A stretch of DNA of 64,000 nucleotides from a virus (taxonomy: Duplodnaviria > Caudoviricetes): the IMG/VR virus record IMGVR_UViG_3300021399_000111, positions 77,936 through 141,935 of that record; one strand, 5' to 3'. A model generated the notes under the pieces. That model was not told the origin of the DNA and did not search any database. It saw nothing but the letters and a program-made list of their open reading frames with translations. Numbering within the stretch: position 1 is the first letter of the stretch; each line of letters opens with the position of its first letter. Both the position numbers and the translations under genes were made by a program. Below are positions 10,156 to 21,018 of this stretch, in pieces.

Positions 10156-10278
10156 TTTTTACACCTCTTTTCTTTTCTCTTTCATTTTCTATAAATATTA
10201 TAACAAATATTTTAATAAAAATCAAATAAAATGCGGCGGTCCAGTCTTTGAGATCTCTTAAGCTAGCCCGCCGCATAA

Positions 10279-10599
10279 TTATTTCACAGGAACAATATTA
10301 TCTGAATCTGAAGGAATAATATCTTCACCAATTTGTCCATTGGGACCGAATTCCTTAATTCTTACAATAGTGTTCTTTCGCAATCCGCCAAAGGTATTGA
10401 TAAAAACTCCTAATGCAGCTTTAGCATCTACTGCAGTTACACCACGCGCTTTTGATAATCTAATTGTTGTTTTAGTATGAACAGGATCTCCATATTTTGC
10501 TTCTTTTGTTGGATACCATTCAAATTCATAACTTCTAAAAATTTGATTAGCCATTATTAATATCTTCCTCCATTGATTAATCAAAATATATTTCTTCAA
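10279..10599 (-). CDS. Hypothetical protein (true start probably MANQ at about 10554)
   Basis: GGAGG RBS precedes the internal ATG. Confidence 0.65.
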   Translation of the reverse strand: MKKYILINQWRKILIMANQIFRSYEFEWYPTKEAKYGDPVHTKTTIRLSKARGVTAVDAKAALGVFINTFGGLRKNTIVRIKEFGPNGQIGEDIIPSDSDNIVPVK

Positions 10600-11350
10600 A
10601 AGTGTCTAAGTCAAGAAGAGCGATACGATTAGATACAGCGGTACACATGTCTATACAAAACTTATGTCCATCACAGTAACGAATAATTGTAGGTTTAGGA
10701 TATGATGTATCATCTCCATATAACCAATTATGCGCTTTTTTTATATCTTCTTTTGTTTTAGGCGGTTGACCTTTATATCCGAATTCATATTCCAGAAATT
10801 GAACTGGAGTATGCCCATGAACTAAATAAATAGTATTAGGGTCTTCTTTTGTGAAAAAATCATCCTCTACCCAATTATCATAGAAATGACTTCTATCCCA
10901 AAGGGGGTCATGGGGACGGTGTGAAGCTATTAAAGAATGCCCGGCGTGTTCCAAAATTACAGTATGAGATCCTTTAACAGAATAATATACTAATTGTTTA
11001 GGTAATTTAGAAATAATATTAATATAATGATCTTGAATAAATCTAGGGAATTTAAGTAATTGATTTACTGTTAAATTCTCACTATCATCAAAAATTTCCC
11101 AGCGGTTAGGCTTGCGTCTATGGTTTATTTCTTCCACCATCATATCTTCGTGATTACCACAAAGAAAGTGTACTCTAGGATCATCTATTAATACATTAAA
11201 TAATTCTAAGCCATGCGGGCCTCGATCAACTGCATCACCAATAAAATAAAGTGTATCATCAGGCTGCAACCAATTTAAAACTTTTTTGCCTAATTCAAGT
11301 TGAGCATGCCAATCTGAACTTGCAAAAACTCTTCCCATAAAAAACACCAC
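10577..11350 (-). CDS. Ser/Thr protein phosphatase family metallophosphoesterase
   Basis: SDWH, GDAVDRG, GNHE, HAG, HGHTP motifs (PPP/lambda-phosphatase type). Confidence 0.88.
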   Translation of the reverse strand: MVFFMGRVFASSDWHAQLELGKKVLNWLQPDDTLYFIGDAVDRGPHGLELFNVLIDDPRVHFLCGNHEDMMVEEINHRRKPNRWEIFDDSENLTVNQLLKFPRFIQDHYINIISKLPKQLVYYSVKGSHTVILEHAGHSLIASHRPHDPLWDRSHFYDNWVEDDFFTKEDPNTIYLVHGHTPVQFLEYEFGYKGQPPKTKEDIKKAHNWLYGDDTSYPKPTIIRYCDGHKFCIDMCTAVSNRIALLDLDTFEEIYFD

Positions 11351-11523
11351 TTCCTTTCTTTTATAATTAATTATATCATAATTTTTTTAAGATTTCAAAT
11401 TTGCGTTTTTTAAAAAATTATGATATAATAAAATTAGACAGAAATGTATAATTTTTTTAGAGAGAAAATTATATATTATGAGAAGAAGGATTTTCTCAAT
11501 ATTTTACAAGGAGGTAAAAAAGT

Positions 11524-12897
11524 ATGGGTATGAAATTAACAGGACTTGTTTCTGGAATGGATACTGATGCAGTTATTAAACAAATGACATTAGCATACAC
11601 AGCAAAAAAAGATAAAGTCTGGAAAGCTAAAGAAACTTTAACTTATAAACAAGATGCTTGGAAAAATCTTAATAAAGAAGTTTATGATATGTTTACAAAA
11701 CTTTCTAAACTAAGATTAACTTCTACTTATCAAAGAAGTGAAGCCTCTTCATCAAATGAAAATATTGTAACGGTTGCGGGAGATAAAATTCAAGGGCAGC
11801 ATGATGTAACAGTGAAACAAATTGCTACTCAAACTTATCTTACTGGAAATATTGTTAATCAAAGTCAACCTATTAATGTTTCTGGTAATTTGACTGTTAC
11901 AATAGGCGGGAAAGAAAAAGAATTAAATATTACTCCAGATATGTCAATGGAACAAGTTGCTAGAAAATTAACCGAAGCGGGAATTATTGCTAATTTTGAT
12001 GAAAATAATGCAAGATTATTTTTAGCGTCAAAAACAACAGGAGCAAGTAGTGATTTTAATATAAGCGGAGATGCAAGCTTACTAGATGCCATAGGGCTAG
12101 GGTCTTCCGCAATAAAACAAGTTGGTAAAGATTCTATTATTAATGTAAATGGAGTGGATTTTGTATCTTCTTCAAATAAATTTAATATTAATAATATGAC
12201 AATTACCGCAAAATCATTAGGTTCTGCTACTGTTGGAATGAAAACAGATGAACATATTTTTGATACTGTTAAATCTTTTATTAAAGATTATAATGCTTTA
12301 ATTAAAAAAATTGATAGTTCTTATAATAACACTGCCGCAAAGGGATTATCTCCATTAACCGATGAAGAAAAAGATGCTTTAACAGATAAACAAATTGAAG
12401 AATGGGAAAGTAAATTAAAAGAGAGTGCTTTAAGCAAAGATGAAACTTTATCCTCTTTAAGTTCTTTGTTAAAAACTACAATGAGTTCTATTTCTGTTGA
12501 TGGAATTAATTTAACTTCTATGGGTATTACTCTTGGAGGATATTTCACAACAGAGAAAGATGAAAGAGGCGTTTATAATATTGATGAAGATAAACTCCAA
12601 AAAATAATTGCAGAGAACCCTGATAAAGTAATAAATTTTGTTACTAAACTTGCGGGAACCTTATATGATAAATTAAATACAAAGATGAAATCATCTTCTT
12701 TAAATAGCATTTATAGTATCTATAATGATAAGCAAATTAAAAATAATCTTGCAAATTATGATAAGAAAATTGCTGAATGGGAAGATAAGATTGTAAAAAT
12801 GGAAGATAAGTGGTATAAGCAATTTGCAAGAATGGAAAGCGTATTAAGTAAAACGCAGAGCCAAGCAAATTATTTATCAAATTTCTTTGGAATATAA
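11524..12897 (+). CDS. fliD: Flagellar filament cap protein FliD (HAP2)
   Basis: FliD_N (LTGLVSGMDT..VI..M; YKQ.AW..LN), GKDS.I.VNG...S.SN.F.IN, FliD_C (FIKDYNALI; PLTDEEK..LT..QIE.WE; KQFARME..LSK.QSQ..YL..F); strong AAGGAGG RBS. Confidence 0.93.
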   Translation: MGMKLTGLVSGMDTDAVIKQMTLAYTAKKDKVWKAKETLTYKQDAWKNLNKEVYDMFTKLSKLRLTSTYQRSEASSSNENIVTVAGDKIQGQHDVTVKQIATQTYLTGNIVNQSQPINVSGNLTVTIGGKEKELNITPDMSMEQVARKLTEAGIIANFDENNARLFLASKTTGASSDFNISGDASLLDAIGLGSSAIKQVGKDSIINVNGVDFVSSSNKFNINNMTITAKSLGSATVGMKTDEHIFDTVKSFIKDYNALIKKIDSSYNNTAAKGLSPLTDEEKDALTDKQIEEWESKLKESALSKDETLSSLSSLLKTTMSSISVDGINLTSMGITLGGYFTTEKDERGVYNIDEDKLQKIIAENPDKVINFVTKLAGTLYDKLNTKMKSSSLNSIYSIYNDKQIKNNLANYDKKIAEWEDKIVKMEDKWYKQFARMESVLSKTQSQANYLSNFFGI

Positions 12898-12931
12898 AAA
12901 AGGAGAAGGTTTTAAACCTTCCCCAATTTTT

Positions 12932-14383
12932 TTAGTATACAGCTAAATATCTCTCAGAAAGAAGAATATCAAGCATAAGTTCCATTCCATTCTTCCCTGT
13001 TGCCACCTGTTTAAAAATCAGCGGAGAAGATCCACTAACAAAAGAGACATTAGGGCCGAGATCAAGGAATGTATCATTACGAGCATCTACATTCCAATAA
13101 ACCAACCGAGGCATTTTAAGCCCAACTGCTTCCCACTCTTTCCGCATGATTTCCATTTCTGTGGCAGTTCTTTCCTCGCTCCAGCTTCCCACAGTCATAG
13201 CATTAATTTCCATATCGGAAATAACTACAACAGTATCAAGGCGGTCTTCAGGCTTTGCCGCAAGACTTGCTTGCTTAAGAAGTCTGAAGGTTTTTACAAG
13301 GTCTGTATCTTCACAGAGATTAGTGCGATAAATGCGGCGAACCTTATCTACAAAATCAACACCTTCAATTTTGATTAATTGAGGGCGAGAACTAAAACTA
13401 ATGTAGTGGTTCTTAAAAGGACCTCCAATGCGTTCCGCACAATACATGCCAAGCCCAATAGCCATATCAATAGGAGTTCCATGCATTGAACCAGAAGTAT
13501 CAACGACACAGATCATCTTACAAGGTTCGCCCTGTAAAACATCAATTTGATTCTCCCAATACTTTTCAAGCATTAATCTATCTGTATCACTGATATTGTA
13601 AGGGTAAGCCTTATGAACAATTTCATAAGGATAAAGCGCTCCAGCGTTCACCTTAGAATTCTTATCCTGCGCGAATGCTTCATATTTCTTTGCAATAATA
13701 TCTCTACGAGCAAAAGCATTGCGATAAATAAGACCCGCCTTAGAAGGGATTTTATCAAATTCAATTTCATCCCAACGATTTTCACTCATAAGTTTTTCAA
13801 TAATATTGATGCGAGAGCGCAGAGTAGAAAGTACTTTTCTATACTCTTTGTGAGTAAAACCAAGTGCTTCCCGCACGGCATTACCAGCCCTTTTAGTTTC
13901 TGCGGAAGATGCATTTTCAGAAGGAAGCCATTTTGCAAGTAAGCTAGGTGTCTTGCAATCTGCATCAAGAGCAAGCTGATGAGTAATAATCAGCATAGCC
14001 TCATTCCATACGGGAGTATCAAGAGTAGTATAAATTAAGTCATCCCATCTACCATATTCAGACACATTTTCAAGATTGCGGCGGGCTGCCTCAGGGAAAT
14101 TCTTGGCAAGCCAATTAAAGCACACACGAAAGAACCTACGCTCCCCCTGCCCGCCGCGAATATCACGAAGATAAAATAAACACTTTAAAGCAATAGATTC
14201 ATTCTCTTCAAAAGCATTTTTAAATGCAAGAATACAATCTTCATCAGAGCGTTTTCTATATGCTCCGCAAAGTGCAAACATATCCAAAATCGCACTTCTA
14301 GTTGTATTATGCTTCAATCCGCCATTCTCAGTATATCCAAAATTAGTAGTTTCAATTAAAGCATCAAGTAATGAATTCATCAT
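12932..14383 (-). CDS. DUF2828-type Ro60/TROVE-related protein with C-terminal vWA domain
   Basis: TENG, FYLRDIRGGQGER, YGRWDDL, LAKWLP; vWA MIDAS VVDTSGSM, ISDME, YWNV. Confidence 0.85.
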   Translation of the reverse strand: MMNSLLDALIETTNFGYTENGGLKHNTTRSAILDMFALCGAYRKRSDEDCILAFKNAFEENESIALKCLFYLRDIRGGQGERRFFRVCFNWLAKNFPEAARRNLENVSEYGRWDDLIYTTLDTPVWNEAMLIITHQLALDADCKTPSLLAKWLPSENASSAETKRAGNAVREALGFTHKEYRKVLSTLRSRINIIEKLMSENRWDEIEFDKIPSKAGLIYRNAFARRDIIAKKYEAFAQDKNSKVNAGALYPYEIVHKAYPYNISDTDRLMLEKYWENQIDVLQGEPCKMICVVDTSGSMHGTPIDMAIGLGMYCAERIGGPFKNHYISFSSRPQLIKIEGVDFVDKVRRIYRTNLCEDTDLVKTFRLLKQASLAAKPEDRLDTVVVISDMEINAMTVGSWSEERTATEMEIMRKEWEAVGLKMPRLVYWNVDARNDTFLDLGPNVSFVSGSSPLIFKQVATGKNGMELMLDILLSERYLAVY

Positions 14384-14484
14384 TTTCCTTTTTCTCCTTT
14401 TTCCTATTGGAAGGCTATTTTCATAACCAAAAAAAATAAGGGATAAAATATTAAAACAATAGTAATATTTTCTAGATTATTTCT

Positions 14485-14593
14485 AGGGGCAAATCTGTTT
14501 TGAAAATATTTTCTTGTTTTAATATTATCCCAAAATGGCGCCAAATACTGTTAATTTTCTTTATCCCAACAATAAGAATTGCAGTAAGCCCCT
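14485..14593 (-). ncRNA. Stem-ACWGCAA element copy 1 (Y-RNA-like candidate)
   Basis: AGGGGC-TT-ACTGCAA...GCCCCT; 5' and 3' ends pair. Confidence 0.55.
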
Positions 14594-14611
14594 TTTAAAA
14601 CAATATAAAAC

Positions 14612-14677
14612 AAGACACAAAAATAATAATATTATCAAAAAAATATTTGTTATTTATAATTTTGCTGTATGTGTCTT
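14612..14677 (-). ncRNA. Stem-ACWGCAA element copy 2 (Y-RNA-like candidate)
   Basis: AAGACACA-T-ACAGCAA...TGTGTCTT; starts 3 nt after tRNA-Thr. Confidence 0.65.
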
Positions 14678-14680
14678 AAT

Positions 14681-14753
14681 AGCCGCCAGAGGGACTTGAA
14701 CCCCCAACCCTTTCATTACAAGTGAAATGCTCTACCAATTGAGCCATGGCGGC
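14681..14753 (-). tRNA. tRNA-Thr(TGT)
   Basis: Cloverleaf; anticodon arm TTTCA-CTTGTAA-TGAAA. Confidence 0.95.
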
Positions 14754-14766
14754 AAATGGATTAGAC

Positions 14767-15066
14767 TTATTCAGTCTTTTCCGTTTTAGCAGACTTTTCC
14801 TCTGCCTTAGCTCGCTCAGCCTTAATCTTTTCAGCCTTTGCGATGAGAGCTTTATTAGTGCATCTTTTGTTATCTACGGCGTCAATAAGATGATCTTCCG
14901 CCATAAGACGCTCCTGATAAAGCTGTTCACTATGCTTTGTCATTTCTGGCACGGAAAGAGATTTCATACTCCGTACCATATTCTGAAATCTACGAAAAGT
15001 ATCCGCAGAAGGCATTACATGCTTTACATCATTTACTGTTGAAATTTTAACTTCATTCTTTGCCAT
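14767..15066 (-). CDS. Hypothetical protein with own promoter
   Basis: RBS and TTGATT..TATAAT promoter. Confidence 0.7.
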   Translation of the reverse strand: MAKNEVKISTVNDVKHVMPSADTFRRFQNMVRSMKSLSVPEMTKHSEQLYQERLMAEDHLIDAVDNKRCTNKALIAKAEKIKAERAKAEEKSAKTEKTE

Positions 15067-15171
15067 TTTTCTTTTCCTTTTTCTTTTGTTTCATTTTCTA
15101 TAAATATTATAACAAAAATTTTATTAAAAATCAACTTTATGTTACTACACTCCCCACAAGAGTATAAAGAA

Positions 15172-15522
15172 TGGAGATGACGGGAGTCGAACCCGTGTCT
15201 TGAAACCTTACTAATTATCAACCTTTTACGCAATAGTGTTTTTAAAGTGTTCTCTCACTTTTCGAGCTTTTCCTACTTCCACCACTTTATTTTGAGAAAA
15301 TAAAGAAAACAATGTGTTTTTTATTCATAAAATCAAGCATTGACCAAACACGAGGAATAACTTGAAGTTCCATTAAAGAACTCAAGCAGCTGCCTGAGCA
15401 AGTCTTCTAGGAAAGTTTACAATTTTCTTGTCGTTTAAATTTATAGGTTGGTTGCATAACGCGCATACCATTTCGTGCGAGTTAATAATATTCAAGCCCC
15501 AATCGATAGCCATTTCATCCCC
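15172..15522 (-). ncRNA. ssrA: tmRNA; tag peptide (A)DKKIVNFPRRLAQAAA* at 15432-15382
   Basis: 5' GGGGATG pairs with 3' CATCTCCA giving G3.U70; T-arm GGTTCGACTCC; resume codon after ATAAATTTAAAC; tag ends in AAA. Confidence 0.93.
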
Positions 15523-15673
15523 TTAACATCTCGGTTTGTCGATAACCGAAAACGCCAATGGTGTAGCTATATGCTCAAAGAACCTAGGCTCACTCTTTAA
15601 AAGTTAGATCTGCTCTACCCAAGCGACTTCCCATTGGATTAATCATTCTGCGGAAATTGCTAACTCCCGCATA

Positions 15674-15746
15674 GCAGCGGATACAGGAGTCGGACCTGTA
15701 CGACATGAGTCAAAGTCATGTGTCCTACCATTAGACTAATCCGCCA
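15674..15746 (-). tRNA. tRNA-Gln(TTG)
   Basis: CATGA-CTTTGAC-TCATG arm; T-loop TCCGACT. Confidence 0.9.
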
Positions 15747-15840
15747 TAAGGGCTTTAAAAAAATGTTCACGATTTCACGCGGATCTAGTTTACGCACCCC
15801 TGCCTTGTTCTAGAATTGACAGGTTTCTACTAGATCCGCA

Positions 15841-15915
15841 TCGGGGTAGCGGGATTCGAACCCACGACCTCGTGTACCCAAAACACGCGCTCTAGCCAAA
15901 CTGAGCCATACCCCG
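15841..15915 (-). tRNA. tRNA-Pro(TGG)
   Basis: CGGGGTA acceptor; CGTGT-TTTGGGT-ACACG. Confidence 0.95.
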
Positions 15916-16196
15916 AGATACTCTAAGTAGATATAATGTATCGCGACCCATCATTTATTTTAAGATTTGTAGCTCTCAAACCTCATTATATCTGAACTTA
16001 AAGTATAGAACAATTCATGCCGCATCTATCTGAAACTTGCCACGATATTTCCCTTTTGTAAGAGCTATAATATGCAAAAAGGAAAATAAAAAAGTTATTT
16101 ATTCTATTGCTATGCTTTTGCATTTATAAAAACAAATAACTTTCTTTATCTATAAATAATTATAACAAAAATTTTGAAAAATGTCAAAAATTTTAA

Positions 16197-16267
16197 CAGG
16201 CTCTGTAGGAATCGAACCCACATCTAAGGATTTGGAGTCTATTATGTTACCATTACACCAAGAGCCC
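16197..16267 (-). tRNA. tRNA-Trp(CCA), two mismatches in the anticodon stem
   Basis: ATAGA-CTCCAAA-TCCTT; intact D, T and acceptor arms. Confidence 0.85.
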
Positions 16268-16351
16268 ATAATTAACGCATATTTTATGCGTTAATTTATT
16301 TTTTATTGTATATATATTATAACAAATATTTTTTATAATGTCAAAAATTTT

Positions 16352-18712
16352 TTATGGACAATTATTATATAATCTAATATGGTAACCAGTATTAGTATAA
16401 CCATTTGTTATTGTTGTCCAAGTAATAGCGGTGCCTCTACCTACCATACGATTATCAGAATTTCTAAAAGGTGTTAAATCATTACAATAAATAGTAAACC
16501 AACCTAATCTTGAAGATTGTGTATTAAATATGTTTTCTAATGCAGATGGCCTGTTCAATCCATTTTTAAAGAAAAGATTACAGTTAAGATAAGAACTGCA
16601 GTTAGAAAACATATATTGTGTATTATATATATTATTTTGGATATACATATTTACTTGTCTTAAATTACTGCAATTACGAAACATATAAGCGGTATTGTTA
16701 ATAAAAGTGTCTTCTGGAATGTCGATTGGATAATTTAATTTTTTACATTGTGCAAATAATAATTGAGCATCTATTAATGTGACATTATTACCAAAAGTTA
16801 TGCTTGTATTAAAATTGTTACAATTATTAAACATCATTGCCGCATTATTTATATAGACATTATCAAATATAATTGGTTGATTAAAGGAAAGGCAATTATT
16901 AAATGCAATATTTGCATAGTTAATTATACAATTTGAGAAATTAACTGGAGCATTATAAATGCTACTTTGAAATAAAGCTGTTATACTACTTATTGTAGAA
17001 TTATAAAAATTAAAATTAAAATTTTTATTCAAAGTAATTAAAGACCCTTGAAAATTTGTATTAATTATATTTAAATTAGTAATGTATCCAGGGATTCTAA
17101 GATGTGTATATGTAAATAATGAATTACTAATATTAATCATTTTTAAATTATTACAATTATAAAACATATCAGTTACACCATCACTATGAGAATCAATATT
17201 AATATTTTCAATATTGATAGATATTAATTGATTGCAATTAGCAAACATATAATTAGGATACATTATATTTATATTATTTAAATTTAATTGTTGAATGTTA
17301 CTACAATTAGTAAACATACCTAGAGCATTTTGAATGTTTAAATTATTAATATCTATTTGAAATAATGAAGTGCAATTATTAAACATCCGAGCTGCTGAAG
17401 TAAAAGTGGTTTGATCAGCAAAATTTATTTGTTCTAATTTTGTGCATTGATTAAACATGTTTTCAGCAATTATTCTGGCTTTATTATTTAAAGTAAAATG
17501 ACTTAAGTTAGAACAACCACTAAACATTTCATGCATATCAATTAATTCATTTTCTTCTTCATTTATAATAAAATTAATATTTGCATTTAAATTATTGCAA
17601 TAGTCAAACATATAAGAGTAGTTAGTCCCTGTCATTTTAATATTTATATCGGTATTAAAATTAGAAAAACTAAACATACTACCCCCATCATTTATTGATA
17701 ATATGTTTATTTCTTCTCCAAGATCAGTAAAGCAATGAATATTTCCATTAAAATTATAACAACCATAAAACATACTATATGCAAAAATATTCGTTTCATT
17801 GGATATTCCATAAAAATTAATAGGACTGTTTAATGAATGACAACTAGCAAACATACCATTGCAAAATAATGCATTTACTTTAGTCGTAGTACCCTCCATT
17901 TTAATTATATTAATTGGTGAATTTAAATTACTACAATCTACAAACATATTTTCACCATAAAAATGTAAATCTGTTGCTACAGATGGTAAAAATACGAAAT
18001 TACTATTAACTGTTGTAAGTCGATTGCAATAACCAAACATGCCATTATACCATCCACCAGATGATATATAGTTTTTTGTACTAAATTTAGAAAGACTAGA
18101 TCCATAAAACATATTTTCACAACTTGATTCATAAGAATTCATTAGCATATTTTGATTACAATAAAAATCAGTTATTTCTTGACTTTGGAAAGACCCTACT
18201 AAATTATTAAAACAAATATCATCGATTGCATAGAAATTAATTGATTTAAACATATAATATGATGGTCGATAGGTTGTTGCAAAAGAATAGGCTAAATTTA
18301 TACCATCTTTATCAAATGCTTGTGATGCATTCGCAGTATGATTATTACCAAAATAAAATTTTTTACTATAAAGATAATGATTAAACATAACATAACTTAA
18401 ATCTGTTATATTGTTTCCAATATAAATACTTCCGCCATTCTCCCCAAATATGAATGGCATTAAAGAAACACTTTCAGTTGACATTCCAGGGACTGCTGTC
18501 ACATTATATTGATACTCAACATAATCAGAAATACTTGGTAAAGTATTATTCATTAAACAAAAATAATCTCGTTCAGTATTTAATAATGTATTTTGAATAA
18601 ATATTGAATTGATAGCATCTGGAAATTCATAAGGAGTATAATAATTATCTACATTTAATCTATCTCTAATCGCATTTGCTATATCGCTAAAAATTGATTG
18701 TATATTTTGCAT
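16352..18712 (-). CDS. DUF285/BspA-like repeat surface or receptor-binding protein
   Basis: Many 'MF.NC..L/FN..I' repeats of about 25-30 aa; N-terminal DIANAIR..P..F..AI motif. Confidence 0.75.
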   Translation of the reverse strand: MQNIQSIFSDIANAIRDRLNVDNYYTPYEFPDAINSIFIQNTLLNTERDYFCLMNNTLPSISDYVEYQYNVTAVPGMSTESVSLMPFIFGENGGSIYIGNNITDLSYVMFNHYLYSKKFYFGNNHTANASQAFDKDGINLAYSFATTYRPSYYMFKSINFYAIDDICFNNLVGSFQSQEITDFYCNQNMLMNSYESSCENMFYGSSLSKFSTKNYISSGGWYNGMFGYCNRLTTVNSNFVFLPSVATDLHFYGENMFVDCSNLNSPINIIKMEGTTTKVNALFCNGMFASCHSLNSPINFYGISNETNIFAYSMFYGCYNFNGNIHCFTDLGEEINILSINDGGSMFSFSNFNTDINIKMTGTNYSYMFDYCNNLNANINFIINEEENELIDMHEMFSGCSNLSHFTLNNKARIIAENMFNQCTKLEQINFADQTTFTSAARMFNNCTSLFQIDINNLNIQNALGMFTNCSNIQQLNLNNINIMYPNYMFANCNQLISINIENINIDSHSDGVTDMFYNCNNLKMINISNSLFTYTHLRIPGYITNLNIINTNFQGSLITLNKNFNFNFYNSTISSITALFQSSIYNAPVNFSNCIINYANIAFNNCLSFNQPIIFDNVYINNAAMMFNNCNNFNTSITFGNNVTLIDAQLLFAQCKKLNYPIDIPEDTFINNTAYMFRNCSNLRQVNMYIQNNIYNTQYMFSNCSSYLNCNLFFKNGLNRPSALENIFNTQSSRLGWFTIYCNDLTPFRNSDNRMVGRGTAITWTTITNGYTNTGYHIRLYNNCP

Positions 18713-18724
18713 TATTTTACCTCC

Positions 18725-20953
18725 TTATATATTATTATATACATAAATATTACCATAGTAGACACCATATTCAAAAGGAGTCCATGAAATATAGGTTCCA
18801 GTAATAGAAGTATAATAGCCCCCTTGAGATTGCACATTAATAATTTTGTTAAAACAATTATTGACATCATTAACATGAATATTAATTCTTTTTGAAGAAT
18901 CATATCCCGCAATAAAACTATCCACTCCTATAAGATTAGGGCAATAATTTAAATAAATATCTGATGGAATATTGGATTTCATATTAGCAAACATCCCATT
19001 TATCATTTGAAGATTTTCTGCCATAGCAAAATTAAAAGGAGATGTTAAAATTAAATTAGAGCAATTATAAAAAGCCCAAGATAAATCTATACAGTTATTA
19101 TCTGAAACTCTGTTCATAGGCCCTGATTGTAAATTAGTACAATTATAAAAAATTCTACTAGCATTTTGATATTTTGACCATGGGAAAGGTTGATTTAACA
19201 TGATTAAATTATTACATTCTTCAAACATGCTAACTGCATTTTTAAAATGATTTCCATATGTTGATAAAAAACGAAAATTAAAATATTGCAAGTTAGTGCA
19301 ATAATGGAACATATTATTGCCAGTAGTTATGTAACATTCTTCATAAGGATTTAATATTACACTTTGTAATTTAGTGCAGTATTCAAAAGCTGATTCTGCA
19401 TTTCCACTAATCTGACAATTAATTTCTAATATTTGATTAAAATTTTCGCACCCATAAAACATCCATGACATATTTCTAATTATAGCATTTGCATTATTAG
19501 AAGGAAAAATAATAGGTTGATTTAAATTATAACAATTTATAAACATATTATTCATATAAAGATTTACTGGGTATCTTCTTTTGTACGAATTATAATAATT
19601 TGAATGTAATATTGACATTGGACTATTATAATTTTCACAATTGCAAAACATAGAGGAAAAATCTATAAAATCTCCTTTAGATGTAGAATTATTGCATCTA
19701 ATGTAATCAACATTAATAGATGAATTAAAATTATAACAATTTTCAAACATATTTGAAAAATTAAAACTATTACCAAAAAATATAGAATAAGTATAATCAT
19801 CAGTATTTTCTGCATCAAACATATTTATCCATTGTATTGTTCTTAAATTCTGACAATTTCTAAATAGCTCAGTATAATTTCTTGTAAAACAATTATTAAA
19901 AACTACTGTAGTATTTAAATTATTACACTCAGCAAAAACTCCTATTAATGAATTAACAATTATATTTTCAGATGTAAAATATAAAGGCTGATTTAAATTA
20001 TAACAGCCTGCAAACATATAATCCATTCTAATTGGATAGTATGTTTGAGCAGATGTTGTTGCTGTTCTGGTATGAATATTAAAAGTAATTGGAGAATTTA
20101 AATTTTCACAATGAGAAAACATTCCTCTCATACTTCCCGCATAGTCTCCTTGTGGTTCAAAATTATCCGTATAATATGAATTTCCAGAAAGAATCATGTT
20201 ATTTGGTATATATAAAGGTTGATTAAAACTATAACATTCTGCAAACATATTTTCAGCATTTCCTGTAGCAAAATTTTGAAAATTTATTGGTTGATTGAAA
20301 GAAATGCATCGACGAAAACTATTAGAAGTATTACTAAAAATATATTCATTTAAATAAGATGGAAGCTGTACTATATCAGGGAAAATTAAAGGTTGATTAA
20401 AACTATATTGCATTCCTACTGAATGCAAAAATAAACCATATAAATTTTTAAGATGTGGTGTATTTTTAAAGTTTAATGGATAATTGTATGTTTCTTGCAT
20501 TCGAAACATATTTGATATGCTAACTAAATTATTACAGTTTTGACTAAAATATACTGGACAAGAATTATAAGTATCCTCCCAATATAAATTATGGACTTCA
20601 CTTATTTTTGGTCCAATAGTAATATAATCTACTCCTGCGTTTGCGGGAATCGTATAACCATTTATAATAACATCATTACATTCATTGATTATAGCATCAT
20701 GCATTTTATATAATACTTTTTCAGATGATGGTTCAAAAGATTGTATTTGCATTAATCCTTCTGTGGGATATTCCATTTCAACAATACGCGGAGATCCAGA
20801 AAATGGCACTATTGAATTTATCATAGGAGCCATTTGTTCTGGTGTAAAATTTGTATTTATACTTAAAGTTTCTCTTAAAGCTACAGCTACATTATGAAAA
20901 ATTTGAGGTATATTTATATTAAGAGGATTTTCCCAATTTGGTATTATAGACAT
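18725..20953 (-). CDS. DUF285/BspA-like repeat protein (paralogue)
   Basis: MF..CY.FNQP repeats; same N-terminal motif. Confidence 0.75.
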   Translation of the reverse strand: MSIIPNWENPLNINIPQIFHNVAVALRETLSINTNFTPEQMAPMINSIVPFSGSPRIVEMEYPTEGLMQIQSFEPSSEKVLYKMHDAIINECNDVIINGYTIPANAGVDYITIGPKISEVHNLYWEDTYNSCPVYFSQNCNNLVSISNMFRMQETYNYPLNFKNTPHLKNLYGLFLHSVGMQYSFNQPLIFPDIVQLPSYLNEYIFSNTSNSFRRCISFNQPINFQNFATGNAENMFAECYSFNQPLYIPNNMILSGNSYYTDNFEPQGDYAGSMRGMFSHCENLNSPITFNIHTRTATTSAQTYYPIRMDYMFAGCYNLNQPLYFTSENIIVNSLIGVFAECNNLNTTVVFNNCFTRNYTELFRNCQNLRTIQWINMFDAENTDDYTYSIFFGNSFNFSNMFENCYNFNSSINVDYIRCNNSTSKGDFIDFSSMFCNCENYNSPMSILHSNYYNSYKRRYPVNLYMNNMFINCYNLNQPIIFPSNNANAIIRNMSWMFYGCENFNQILEINCQISGNAESAFEYCTKLQSVILNPYEECYITTGNNMFHYCTNLQYFNFRFLSTYGNHFKNAVSMFEECNNLIMLNQPFPWSKYQNASRIFYNCTNLQSGPMNRVSDNNCIDLSWAFYNCSNLILTSPFNFAMAENLQMINGMFANMKSNIPSDIYLNYCPNLIGVDSFIAGYDSSKRINIHVNDVNNCFNKIINVQSQGGYYTSITGTYISWTPFEYGVYYGNIYVYNNI

Positions 20954-21018
20954 ATTAAAACCTCCTTTTCTTTCTATATATAAAAAGAAGGGTAAGATTT
21001 TATCTTACCCTTCCTAAT

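Noticed and set aside
9244-10194. 316-aa + strand ORF and other antisense ORFs (e.g. 1124, 1726, 13613, 62292)
   Set aside because: Shadows of well-supported minus-strand genes; no RBS or motifs
11524-12897. Host chromosomal fragment or prophage boundary at fliD
   Set aside because: No neighbouring flagellar or host genes; shares the phage promoter motif and GCGG signature
16352-20953. Diversity-generating retroelement target
   Set aside because: No template/variable repeat pair or reverse transcriptase in the window
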